Part shown: piece by piece, positions 8,021 through 16,067 of the stretch
Numbering within the stretch: the first letter of the stretch is position 1
How the letters are laid out: each line of letters opens with the position of its first letter
Assembly: GCA_043753995.1 (NCBI GenBank)
Contig: JAYUVP010000032.1
Coordinates: 1 to 20,975 of the forward strand
Source: Fibrobacterota bacterium
Lineage (GTDB): Bacteria > Fibrobacterota > Fibrobacteria > UBA11236
Direction of reading: 5' to 3'
Length of the DNA: 20,975 bases
The notes under the pieces: model-generated
What the model was told of the DNA's origin: nothing
The model's database searches: none
The model's input: only the letters and a program-made list of their open reading frames with translations
Made by a program: the position numbers and the translations under genes

Positions 8021-8138
8021 GGGGTGGCGGTGAGCGCCTGAAAAAAAGGCTCGCTCCGCAGGCCGATCGCTTCGAAGCATTGCCCTGGGGGCCGAGGACC
8101 CGCGAGCCCTTTTTTCATGGCCGAACATCAGCCACCCC
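8021..8138. repeat. Long imperfect hairpin (~118 nt) downstream of lepA; possible terminator, IS end or REP-like element
   Basis: Nested arms GGGGTGGC/GCCACCCC, TGAAAAAAAGGCTCGC/GCGAGCCCTTTTTTCA (15 of 16 paired), GGCC/GGCC and apical GCTT-CG-AAGC. T-runs follow the inner stem on both strands. Confidence 0.7.
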
Positions 8139-8166
8139 GCACAAAGCAGCGAGGAGGCTCGACCGA

Positions 8167-8182
8167 GGGAGAGGCCTCTCCC
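8167..8182. repeat. Perfect 16-bp palindrome next to the lepA stop codon
   Basis: GGGAGAGGCCTCTCCC, one base from the stop at 8184-8186. Confidence 0.7.
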
Positions 8183-8183
8183 C

Positions 8184-9992
8184 TTAAGCCGGTTTGTCCA
8201 TCGAAAGCACGGCGAGGAAAGCTTCTTGCGGTACTTCGACGGTACCGATGGCCTTCATGCGCTTCTTGCCTTCTTTTTGCTTTTCTAAAAGCTTGCGCTT
8301 GCGGCTAATGTCGCCGCCATAGCATTTGGCCGTCACGTTTTTGCGGAGGGCTTTAACCGTGGTGCGGGCAATGACGCGACTGCCGAGAGCGGCTTGAATG
8401 GCCACTTCGAACATTTGCTGCGGGATGAGATCTTTCAGGCGATTGCAGAGCGCCGAGCCCCAGCCATAGGCTTTGTCGCGATGAATGATTACGGAGAAAG
8501 CGTCGACGGGATCGCCATTGAGCAAGATGTCGAGTTTGTTCAAATCGCTGGCGCGATAGCCCATGGGCTCATAGTCGAAAGAGGCATAACCCTTAGACAC
8601 CGACTTCAGCTTGTCGAAAAAGTCGAACATGATTTCGCCGAGAGGCAATTCATAGGCAAGGCTCACCTTTTCAGCGGTCAGGTATTCCATGTTCAAATAA
8701 ACGCCGCGCTTGTCTTCACAGAGCTTCATGATGCCGCCGACATAGTCCTTAGGCACAATGATGGCAGCCTTCACATAAGGCTCTTCGATGCTTTCGTAGC
8801 GGCCGGCATCGGGCAATTTACTCGGATTCTCGATGACGATATTCGAGCCGTCGGTGAGATTGATGTGATACTCGACATTGGGCACCGTCGAAATCACGTC
8901 CATATTGAATTCTCGGGTGAGGCGCTCGCGCACCACTTCCATGTGCAATAGGCCTAGAAAACCGACGCGAAACCCAAAGCCGAGAGCTTGCGAGGTTTCT
9001 GGCTGCCAGGAAAGGGCAGAATCGTTCAGTGCCAGTTTTTCTAAGGCGTCACGCAAGTCCTCAAATTCATCGGTGTCGACCGGGTAAATGCCCGCGAAGA
9101 CCATGGGCTTGATGTCGCGATAACCTTTAAGCGCCTCGGTGGCGGGGTTATTGACATCGATGATGGTGTCGCCGACCTTGGCATCACGCACAAGTTTGAT
9201 ATTCGCGATGACATAGCCGACTTCGCCGGCGGCAAGAGAATCTGTGGGAACCTTGTCGAGGGTGAGAATGCCGAGTTCTTGCGCTTCGTAATCTTTGCCG
9301 GTCGCCATGAAGCGAATGGGCGCTTTCGACTTGAGTATGCCGTCGAAGACGCGCACGAAGGCGATAGCGCCGCGATAAGAGTCGAATTTTGAGTCAAAAA
9401 TGAGAGCGCGAGCCGGTTCATTGCGGGTGTCGCGCGGTGGAGGGATTTCCTCGATGACGCGCTCCAGCAATTCCCGTATGCCGATATTGGCTTTCGCCGA
9501 AATGCGTAAGATGCGCTGGGGTTCATAGCCGAGCAAATTGCCGACGTCTTCAGCGATATCGTCGGGATGGGCCGAGGGCAAGTCGATTTTGTTCAGCACC
9601 GGCACCAGAGTCAAATTGATGTCCATGGCCAGGTAGAGATTGCTCAGGGTCTGGGCTTCTATGCCTTGGCTGGCATCGACGACGAGAATAGCGCCTTCGC
9701 AGGCAGCCAGGGAACGCGAAACTTCATAGGTGAAGTCGACGTGTCCGGGTGTGTCGATAAGATTCAGATAATAGGTCTGCCCATTATAAGGGTAGACCAT
9801 GCGGATGGCATGCGACTTGATGGTGATGCCGCGTTCGCGCTCGAGATCCATGTCGTCGAGAACTTGGGCCTGCATGGCTTGTTTGGAGACCGTTCGCGTC
9901 AGCTCCAGGAAACGATCGGCCAAGGTCGACTTGCCATGGTCGATATGGGCGATGATGCAAAAATTTCGAATCTGGGAAGCTTCTGGGCGCAT
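8184..9992 (-). CDS. lepA: Translation elongation factor 4 (GTPase LepA)
   Basis: [56 protein letters not shown] and [28 protein letters not shown] 9992 gives 602 aa, a typical length. Confidence 0.99.
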   Translation of the reverse strand: MRPEASQIRNFCIIAHIDHGKSTLADRFLELTRTVSKQAMQAQVLDDMDLERERGITIKSHAIRMVYPYNGQTYYLNLIDTPGHVDFTYEVSRSLAACEGAILVVDASQGIEAQTLSNLYLAMDINLTLVPVLNKIDLPSAHPDDIAEDVGNLLGYEPQRILRISAKANIGIRELLERVIEEIPPPRDTRNEPARALIFDSKFDSYRGAIAFVRVFDGILKSKAPIRFMATGKDYEAQELGILTLDKVPTDSLAAGEVGYVIANIKLVRDAKVGDTIIDVNNPATEALKGYRDIKPMVFAGIYPVDTDEFEDLRDALEKLALNDSALSWQPETSQALGFGFRVGFLGLLHMEVVRERLTREFNMDVISTVPNVEYHINLTDGSNIVIENPSKLPDAGRYESIEEPYVKAAIIVPKDYVGGIMKLCEDKRGVYLNMEYLTAEKVSLAYELPLGEIMFDFFDKLKSVSKGYASFDYEPMGYRASDLNKLDILLNGDPVDAFSVIIHRDKAYGWGSALCNRLKDLIPQQMFEVAIQAALGSRVIARTTVKALRKNVTAKCYGGDISRKRKLLEKQKEGKKRMKAIGTVEVPQEAFLAVLSMDKPA

Positions 9993-10132
9993 GGAAGGGG
10001 GACAAAGGTAGCACACCCGGAGGGCGACCACGTCAATATTTCACGATTTAAGGCCTTGAAATGGGCTCAGTTGCGGTATTTTTGTATCATTCTCCCTCTT
10101 TCCCCCCTGGACCTTAGCCAAAACGGAAATCC

Positions 10133-10732
10133 ATGAGGAAATCCATGTTTCGACTGAAATTGAAAACAGCCTGTGGACTGGTGAAAACCGCCCCTTGGCT
10201 GGCTTGCCTTGCCGCAATCGGCATGTTTTGCGCGCCTTCCAAGGTTGAGGCCCAGCCAGGTTTCGGCAAGCGCTTTGAGCGCGACTTCAGTAAGACCAAG
10301 CAGGTTTTCGCTGATTTGACCACTCCAGAAGGCGTCATTAAACTCGAGCTTTTTCCTAAAAAAGCGCCGAATACGGTGGCTAATTTCGAGTTTTTGGCCA
10401 AAAAAGGCTTTTACAATGGCCTGATTTTCCACCGCATCATTGAGGGTTTCATGGCCCAAACCGGCGATCCTGCTGGTAATGGTACGGGTGGCCCAGGCTG
10501 GACTATAGATGATGAGCTCGCAGCCGACCTACATCATGAGGCCGGTACCTTGTCCATGGCGAATGCCGGGCCAGGGACGAGTGGCTCGCAATTTTTCATT
10601 TGCCACACGGCCCAGTCTCACTTAGATGGTCGCCATACCATTTTTGGAAAACTGGTCTCCGGTTTTGACGTGCTGACTCGCCTGGAACGTGGGGATCCCA
10701 TCCTCGACGTGAAAATCACCGAAATCCAGTGA
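10133..10732 (+). CDS. Cyclophilin-type peptidyl-prolyl cis-trans isomerase with probable signal peptide
   Basis: APNTVANF, FYNGLIFHRIIEGFMAQTGDP, GTLSMANAGPGTSGSQFFI and HLDGRHTIFG. Basic then hydrophobic N-terminus ending VEA. Alternative start at 10145. Confidence 0.96.
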   Translation: MRKSMFRLKLKTACGLVKTAPWLACLAAIGMFCAPSKVEAQPGFGKRFERDFSKTKQVFADLTTPEGVIKLELFPKKAPNTVANFEFLAKKGFYNGLIFHRIIEGFMAQTGDPAGNGTGGPGWTIDDELAADLHHEAGTLSMANAGPGTSGSQFFICHTAQSHLDGRHTIFGKLVSGFDVLTRLERGDPILDVKITEIQ

Positions 10733-10746
10733 AGGAACGCCTCGGC

Positions 10747-11871
10747 ATGGGCAAGAAAGAAAAGAACGAAAAGCAGGACAAGAAAAAGGCCAAGGTCGAA
10801 ACTAAAAAGCCGACCAAGCCCGCTTCCGCCCCGATTGCCAAGGCTTCTAAGCCCGCTTCGGCCTCCAAGTCACCCGTTAAATCCGAATCCAAAGGTGCAG
10901 CCAAAGCTCCGGTGAAATTGCCTTCCAAAGCGCCGACCAAAGAGTCAGCCAAAAAAGACGCGGGTAAAAAGCCCGAAGTCGCCAAAGAAATTGCGAAAAA
11001 AGCCCCTCCTAAGGCTGAAGCTCCCAAGGCCAAAAAGCCCGAAGCCCCTAAGGCTGGTGAGAAGGCGGGAGAAAAAGCTGGGGAGAAACCAGCTGCTAAG
11101 CCTGCGGCCAAGCCCGTGGTGAAAGCGGCTGGTGATGCGAAGCCCGCTCCTGCCAAAGCCGTTACGAATAAAGATGCGGCGGCAAGCCCAATCGAGGCGA
11201 AGCCAGCTGCACCTGCAGCTAAGCTTCCGGCCAAGCCCGCTGCCGCAGCTGGTTCCACGGAAAAAACGGCTAAACCTCCGGCTGCCGCGAAAGCACCTGC
11301 GCCGGCCGCGGGCAAAGCACCCGCCAAGGCGGGAGCGAAAGTAGCCCCCAAGGTCGTAGACGATATTGAATTGACCTTGCCGGTCGAATCGGGTCCTCCC
11401 GTGCGACGGCCTGCGAGGCCTTTTTTCTTCGAAGTGAAGCCTGGCGCCGAGCGCATCATTAAGCGTGGCGACAAGTCGCTAACCGCCGTGGCACCCCTGG
11501 ATATTCAAAGTCGCCGCAAAGGTACGAGTGCCGATGAGACGCCCGAAGAATTAGTGGAACGCATTGAGCGCGAATTGGAGCATCAACACATTTTCAAGCG
11601 CAATCTTTTGCGTCCGCAAATGTGCACCAAGTGCGGCATCAATCAGGTCGCAGAGCGTTTCATCATCGATAAGGAATTGGGTTATTGCGCCGATTGCGCG
11701 GACATACTTCGCTTGGGTGAAACCAAGGAAGCGCGTAAAATGGAGGCGAATGCCTTGGCTGCAAAAAACAATGCCCTTGCTGCCGCGGGCGAAACTGCCG
11801 TGGCTCCGGATGCCGCCGAGGACGATGAAGAAGACGATGAGGATGCCGACGCCATCGTCGATGTGGAATAA
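10747..11871 (+). CDS. Lys/Ala/Pro-rich (histone H1-like) protein with C-terminal CxxC-x17-CxxC zinc finger and acidic tail
   Basis: About 200 aa of K/A/P low-complexity sequence, then CTKC-GINQVAERFIIDKELGY-CADC (11623-11697) and tail EDDEEDDEDAD. Start is either ATG 10747 (AAGGA upstream) or GTG 10729 overlapping the cyclophilin stop. Confidence 0.85.
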   Translation: MGKKEKNEKQDKKKAKVETKKPTKPASAPIAKASKPASASKSPVKSESKGAAKAPVKLPSKAPTKESAKKDAGKKPEVAKEIAKKAPPKAEAPKAKKPEAPKAGEKAGEKAGEKPAAKPAAKPVVKAAGDAKPAPAKAVTNKDAAASPIEAKPAAPAAKLPAKPAAAAGSTEKTAKPPAAAKAPAPAAGKAPAKAGAKVAPKVVDDIELTLPVESGPPVRRPARPFFFEVKPGAERIIKRGDKSLTAVAPLDIQSRRKGTSADETPEELVERIERELEHQHIFKRNLLRPQMCTKCGINQVAERFIIDKELGYCADCADILRLGETKEARKMEANALAAKNNALAAAGETAVAPDAAEDDEEDDEDADAIVDVE

Positions 11872-11929
11872 TTCCTAAGTGAACGGGGCATCTTAGAGCG
11901 GCCCCGAAAGTGTGTAGGATCGTGAATAG

Positions 11930-11960
11930 AAAAAGCCTCGCTTCAAGCGAGGCTTTTTTT
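11930..11960 (+). terminator. Rho-independent terminator, potentially bidirectional
   Basis: AAAAAGCCTCGCTT-C-AAGCGAGGCTTTTTTT. Confidence 0.9.
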
Positions 11961-11989
11961 GTGGGATCCCGTTTTCCGCAATTATAGGG

Positions 11990-11995
11990 TATAAT
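11990..11995 (+). promoter_or_regulatory. Candidate -10 box for the lytic transglycosylase operon
   Basis: Perfect TATAAT just after the terminator and about 20 nt before ATG 12015. No clear -35. Confidence 0.4.
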
Positions 11996-12014
11996 GGGCA
12001 TTCCTAAAAAGCCT

Positions 12015-14282
12015 ATGTCTTCCCCATTCGTGCGCCTCGGTTTTTCCGCTTTACTCTCTCTCACTGGGCTCGGGTGGGCAGTATTGCCTTCTGCTGAACC
12101 CACAGCCACCCAAGACTCCGCCCTATTAAATGCTGAGGAGAGCCATGACCTCGGCGATCAAGGCTCCACGGCGGATTTGACCGCGCCTGCCGTTTCGACT
12201 CCCAATGTTGGCGAAAGCGTGGCCTCGGAAGGCTTAGGCGATGGGCCCATTCTTTCCGTGCCGGGAAGTGCTTATGGCCAGTATAGGCTCGGCCGCATGC
12301 CCCTGGTCACCGACGAAGAGTTTCCCGCCGACTCGGTGGTGGCGGAACGAGCCCGTTTTTGGTTTCACATTTACACGCAAATCGGCGAGGGTGAAGGGCT
12401 CATTCACGATGTGGATCATCCTGGCATAGTCTATCACCGACTCGAGGCCCCGGGGGCCTATTCGCGCGCTGGGCGTCAACGTATCGAAGGGGCTTTACGC
12501 TCGGTGCAGGTGGATTTAAAGCTTTTGGCGGCAAGCGGGAACGGTGCGCTTGATGCCCGGCTGCAAGCGCTGAAAAGCATTTTGCCCCTCCATTGGGACA
12601 GTGCTACGGTGGCGGACGCGTCCGAAAGGATTCGCTTTCAGCGAGGCCTGCGCGAGCGATTCGTGGCCGGCCTTGGGCGATCCTATCGATGGCTGGGTGA
12701 CATCGAATCCACCTTTGTCACACGTGGGTTACCGTCACGTCTGAAATACCTACCTCATGTTGAGTCGAGTTTTCAACCCTTTGCTTATTCCAAGGTCGGA
12801 GCGGCGGGCATGTGGCAATTCATGAAAGGGACGGCGAGGCAATATGGCCTCAAGGCAAGCTATCTCGTGGATGAACGGCGTGATCCGGCACGTAGCACGG
12901 AAGCGGCAACGAAATTATTGAGAGATTCCTATGCACGCTTAGGCAGTTGGCCCTTGGCTTTGACCGGCTACAATCACGGTCCCGCTGGAGTGGCCCGCGC
13001 CGTGGCGGCCATGGGCAGCCGTGATTTGGGTGTCATCATACGCGGTTATGGTGGCAAGAGTTTTGGTTTTGCTTCTGGTAATTTTTATGCCGAATTCATG
13101 GCCGCGTCTTCCATCGCATTGAAGGCGGATTCCCTTTTCCCCAAGCTCGCCAAAGAAAAGCCTCAGCCCATGGTGGGTCTAACTCTGGGGCAATCCACCG
13201 GCATTCGGCGCATTTTGCAGGTCACAGGTCTTTCACCGGCGGAATTGGAAGCTTGTAACCTGGCTTTGCGGCCCGCGGTATTCAAGGGCGGTGGATCCTT
13301 GCCCAAAGGCTTAAAACTGAAATTGCCTTGGCCAGCCGATACCGTTGCGGTTTTAGCGGCCTTGCATCCCGGTGCCCGAGACAAAAAATCCGATCTCGTG
13401 CTAGCCATGGCTTCGCCACCTGCGGATAAGGCCCAGGCCTTGCCCACACCTCCTTCCGTGAAAGAAAGCCAAACAATGCAGGCCCAGTCGACGGCTAAAT
13501 CCGCAATAGCCAAACCCATCGCCTCGACGAGCCGACCTTCCAAGGAAACGCCGGTTTTGGCGGCGAAGGAAACGAAGAGCATCACTCGGCAGTCCTCAGC
13601 GAAAATCGCGGCCTCTCCCGAGCCAGGTTTGTCGGCAGCCCTGGACGCACCCGTATCTCCGTCGCCCGTTGCGGCCGAAATGCAAAAGGGGTTAACGGAA
13701 GACTTTGCCTTGCTCACGGCGGACGCCGGGGATTGGGGTCATCCCTATGATCGATTCGACTCGTCGGTTTATAATCTCGATTATATCTATGAAAACGGAG
13801 AATTGCGTTTTCGCAGCGGCCCCCAAGAAACCTTATCGCATTATGCGGAGTGGTCAGGTCAGCCCATGGCGGTCATACGCAAGGCCACGCGCTTGCGCGG
13901 GCGTCGTGAACTGGGGCTTGGCCGGGAAATACGCTTGCGGCTTTCGCGAGAGCAGGCCGACGCTTTTCAACGACAACGCGAAGAAAATTATCGCGGGGTC
14001 GAAGAGGATTTTTATGGCAGCTACCATGTCAGTTCACTGGAGCCGCTGAAGGTGGAAAAGGGTATGAGCGTTTGGTCTTTGGCAATGGATCGTGAATTGC
14101 CTTATTGGCTTTTGCAAAAACACAATCAAGCTCGGGATTTGGCGGCATTGCATCCTGGCGATACCTTGCAAATCCCTGTCGTCGAGGCGGGGCTTCGCCG
14201 CTGGGGTTTTACGCGCTATGCCGGCCCCCAGGATCAGTTGCGGGCCATGGCCCAAAGGTTAAGACTTAACCTCACACCTTGA
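12015..14282 (+). CDS. MltD-like lytic murein transglycosylase (SLT domain) with signal peptide and C-terminal LysM-like regions
   Basis: LPHVESSF (catalytic Glu), GAAGMWQFM, VDERRDP and LALTGYNHG; LysM-like VEKGMSVWSLA...LHPGDTLQIP. Start 12015 is preferred over 11994, which overlaps the TATAAT. Confidence 0.9.
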   Translation: MSSPFVRLGFSALLSLTGLGWAVLPSAEPTATQDSALLNAEESHDLGDQGSTADLTAPAVSTPNVGESVASEGLGDGPILSVPGSAYGQYRLGRMPLVTDEEFPADSVVAERARFWFHIYTQIGEGEGLIHDVDHPGIVYHRLEAPGAYSRAGRQRIEGALRSVQVDLKLLAASGNGALDARLQALKSILPLHWDSATVADASERIRFQRGLRERFVAGLGRSYRWLGDIESTFVTRGLPSRLKYLPHVESSFQPFAYSKVGAAGMWQFMKGTARQYGLKASYLVDERRDPARSTEAATKLLRDSYARLGSWPLALTGYNHGPAGVARAVAAMGSRDLGVIIRGYGGKSFGFASGNFYAEFMAASSIALKADSLFPKLAKEKPQPMVGLTLGQSTGIRRILQVTGLSPAELEACNLALRPAVFKGGGSLPKGLKLKLPWPADTVAVLAALHPGARDKKSDLVLAMASPPADKAQALPTPPSVKESQTMQAQSTAKSAIAKPIASTSRPSKETPVLAAKETKSITRQSSAKIAASPEPGLSAALDAPVSPSPVAAEMQKGLTEDFALLTADAGDWGHPYDRFDSSVYNLDYIYENGELRFRSGPQETLSHYAEWSGQPMAVIRKATRLRGRRELGLGREIRLRLSREQADAFQRQREENYRGVEEDFYGSYHVSSLEPLKVEKGMSVWSLAMDRELPYWLLQKHNQARDLAALHPGDTLQIPVVEAGLRRWGFTRYAGPQDQLRAMAQRLRLNLTP

Positions 14283-14309
14283 AGCGGGGGTTTACCTTTG
14301 CCCATCGGT

Positions 14310-15428
14310 ATGGGATGGCAAGGATTTTTTTCGACTCTGAAAGCGCGCCTCTGGAAGCCGGGTCTCGGCGCCACGAATCGTGATATTGCGCTTGATGCCT
14401 TGCGCACCTTTGCCGTCCTGGGAATGATCGCCACGCACACCACGCGCTTGATTCCGCGCGAGGCGCGTTGGGAATTGCACCGCTGGGCCATGATACTAGA
14501 GCCTATCATCCCCTCCTTATTTCTGGCTTTGGCAGGAGCGTCATTGGTTTTGTCGCGGGCCTCCGCCATCGCTTCAGGCCGCCATACGGCGCGAGATTGG
14601 AGCCTTCGCCAATTGCGTCGAGCTTTCGCCTTATGGGTCCTGGGCGTGATCTTTTATTTATGCGAAGACGGCTTTCGTTGGCCCGATGCTTTGGCCGCAC
14701 CCGGAATCTTGGGCACTATCGCTTATGCCGTGATTTCGCTTACCGGCCTCCTGGCCTTGCCCCATGCCTGGGCTTGGATTCTGGCTCTTCTCCTTTCAGG
14801 CGGCGCAGCTTATCAATACCTGGACACGCAGGGCTTGGCGGTATTCGCCTTCAACTCGGGAAATAGCCCGTTTTTCCCCTTGCTGCTCTTCGCCCTGGGT
14901 GGCGCACTTTATGCCACTATGGGCTTGCAGGGGAAGATATTGCCCAAGGAAACCTCTCGGTTACCGTCCCTGATGGGTTACCTAGCCCTGGCCATTGGCG
15001 CGGTGACGGCTGCCTGGCTAATAAGCCATTATGGCTTGGAACCCTTATTTTCCAAACCCTTGGGCCGATCGGATGCCACGCGCCACTTTACGGTTCATCG
15101 CTATGGCGTGATGAGTAGGGTGGCCGTGGGCTATTACAATCTGCGCCCCTTGCTTTCCCTGGCCGTATTGAGCTTCATCGTCGCTCTGCATCAATTTTTT
15201 CGCCTGACCCGGGGAATAGGGCGGCCCTGGGCACCTTGGCTTTTCGCCATGGGACGGCATAGCCTGGGGGTGTATATACTCCATCTGTCCCTGCTGGCCA
15301 TTGCTGTATTGACTGGCGGCAAACGTCCTTTTCCGAGTGCCTGGGTGGGCTTGGCGGTCTATGGTGGCCTTTTAGTGATTTGCGAATTCTATGCCTTGAG
15401 CCGCGAGCGTCAAGCCCTTAGGAAATAG
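14310..15428 (+). CDS. Integral membrane acyltransferase, DUF1624 / heparan-alpha-glucosaminide N-acetyltransferase-like
   Basis: RDIALDALRTFAVLGMIATH, SLFLALAGASL and MGRHSLGVYILH, with many hydrophobic segments. Start uncertain (TTG 14298 or ATG 14310). Confidence 0.82.
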   Translation: MGWQGFFSTLKARLWKPGLGATNRDIALDALRTFAVLGMIATHTTRLIPREARWELHRWAMILEPIIPSLFLALAGASLVLSRASAIASGRHTARDWSLRQLRRAFALWVLGVIFYLCEDGFRWPDALAAPGILGTIAYAVISLTGLLALPHAWAWILALLLSGGAAYQYLDTQGLAVFAFNSGNSPFFPLLLFALGGALYATMGLQGKILPKETSRLPSLMGYLALAIGAVTAAWLISHYGLEPLFSKPLGRSDATRHFTVHRYGVMSRVAVGYYNLRPLLSLAVLSFIVALHQFFRLTRGIGRPWAPWLFAMGRHSLGVYILHLSLLAIAVLTGGKRPFPSAWVGLAVYGGLLVICEFYALSRERQALRK

Positions 15429-15451
15429 CCAATTTGGCATGCGGTTGGGGC

Positions 15452-15480
15452 TTGCCCACGAAAGGACAGCGGAGTAGATT
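15452..15480 (+). promoter_or_regulatory. Sigma70-type promoter of the cop operon
   Basis: TTGCCC(15452-57)-N17-TAGATT(15475-80). Confidence 0.6.
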
Positions 15481-15490
15481 CCTTATATCC

Positions 15491-15508
15491 TACCCCCCTG
15501 GGGGGGGT
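15491..15508. promoter_or_regulatory. CsoR operator (C-tract/G-tract pseudo-palindrome)
   Basis: TACCCCCCTGGGGGGGGT between the -10 box and the copZ SD, resembling the TAC-C-tract/G-tract-TA form of CsoR-family operators. Confidence 0.75.
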
Positions 15509-15537
15509 CGTGAATCGATCAAGGAAAGGGAATTGCG

Positions 15538-15735
15538 ATGCGTCTGGAAATCGGCGGTATGACATGCGGCCATTGCGAAAGGGCCGTAACCGAGGCCTTG
15601 AGGCAGGTGCCGGGAGTGGACAAGGTGACGGTGAGCTTCAAAGCCGGCATGGCCGAAGTGGAAGGGCTTGCCCCAGCGGCGGATTTGATTGCTGCGGTAG
15701 TGGAAGAAGGCTATCGTGCCAAGGTCTTGCCATGA
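15538..15735 (+). CDS. copZ: Copper chaperone (HMA domain)
   Basis: GMTCGHC metal motif, 65 aa, ending EEGYRA. SD AAGGA upstream. Confidence 0.95.
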   Translation: MRLEIGGMTCGHCERAVTEALRQVPGVDKVTVSFKAGMAEVEGLAPAADLIAAVVEEGYRAKVLP

Positions 15736-16067
15736 CGGCGACTCCTAAGCGGTCGACCAAGACGATGTCGACCGCAAGCAAAGGCGATTCCACCTCGGCC
15801 CTGCATTCGCCTCCCATGGTAAATGAGGTGCGGACCGATATTCAGCGGCGCCTCGCCACCGCGCGTGGCCATCTGGACGCCGTGCTTCGCATGCTCGGAG
15901 AAGAGGATCCCCATTGCGTAGACGTCATGCGCCAGTTACGGGCCGTATCCGGGGCTTTGGACAAGGCTGTAGAAATTGTGCTCGAAGGACATTTGCGCCA
16001 TCACGTGGCGCGCGCCGGGGGCGAACCCCTGGTGCGGGAATTGATGGATGCCCTCCGCTACCGTTGA
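15732..16067 (+). CDS. csoR: CsoR/RcnR-family metal-sensing repressor
   Basis: [17 protein letters not shown]...[16 protein letters not shown]...[11 protein letters not shown] 15732 overlaps the copZ stop (ATGA). The track's extension to 15510 is spurious. Confidence 0.93.
   Translation: MTATPKRSTKTMSTASKGDSTSALHSPPMVNEVRTDIQRRLATARGHLDAVLRMLGEEDPHCVDVMRQLRAVSGALDKAVEIVLEGHLRHHVARAGGEPLVRELMDALRYR

Noticed and set aside
8021..8138. Hairpin as an integron attC site or CRISPR repeat
   Set aside because: No RYYYAAC/GTTRRRY boxes, no repeat-spacer periodicity, and no integrase or cas gene in the window.
7523..8308. ORFs 7523-7864, 7576-8187, 7596-7907 and 8117-8308
   Set aside because: Arg/Gly/Pro-rich translations of GC-rich structured DNA with no motifs; only part of the 7685 frame has recognisable homology.
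8394..10136. Plus-strand ORFs antisense to lepA
   Set aside because: Typical antisense shadow ORFs of a conserved GC-rich gene.
11047..11090. Short tandem repeats encoding KAGE three times
   Set aside because: Synonymously diverged coding low-complexity repeats, not a DNA-level array.
10716..11474. 252-aa hydrophobic Ala/Gly/Phe-rich minus-strand ORF
   Set aside because: Mirror of the Lys/Ala/Pro codons on the plus strand, not a membrane protein.
11884..11906. Small hairpin CGGGGC...GCCCCG before the terminator
   Set aside because: Only 6-bp arms in GC-rich DNA with no further support.
15510..15731. N-terminal extension of the 185-aa CsoR ORF in the track
   Set aside because: Overlaps copZ in another frame; the likely start is the ATGA-coupled ATG at 15732 or later.
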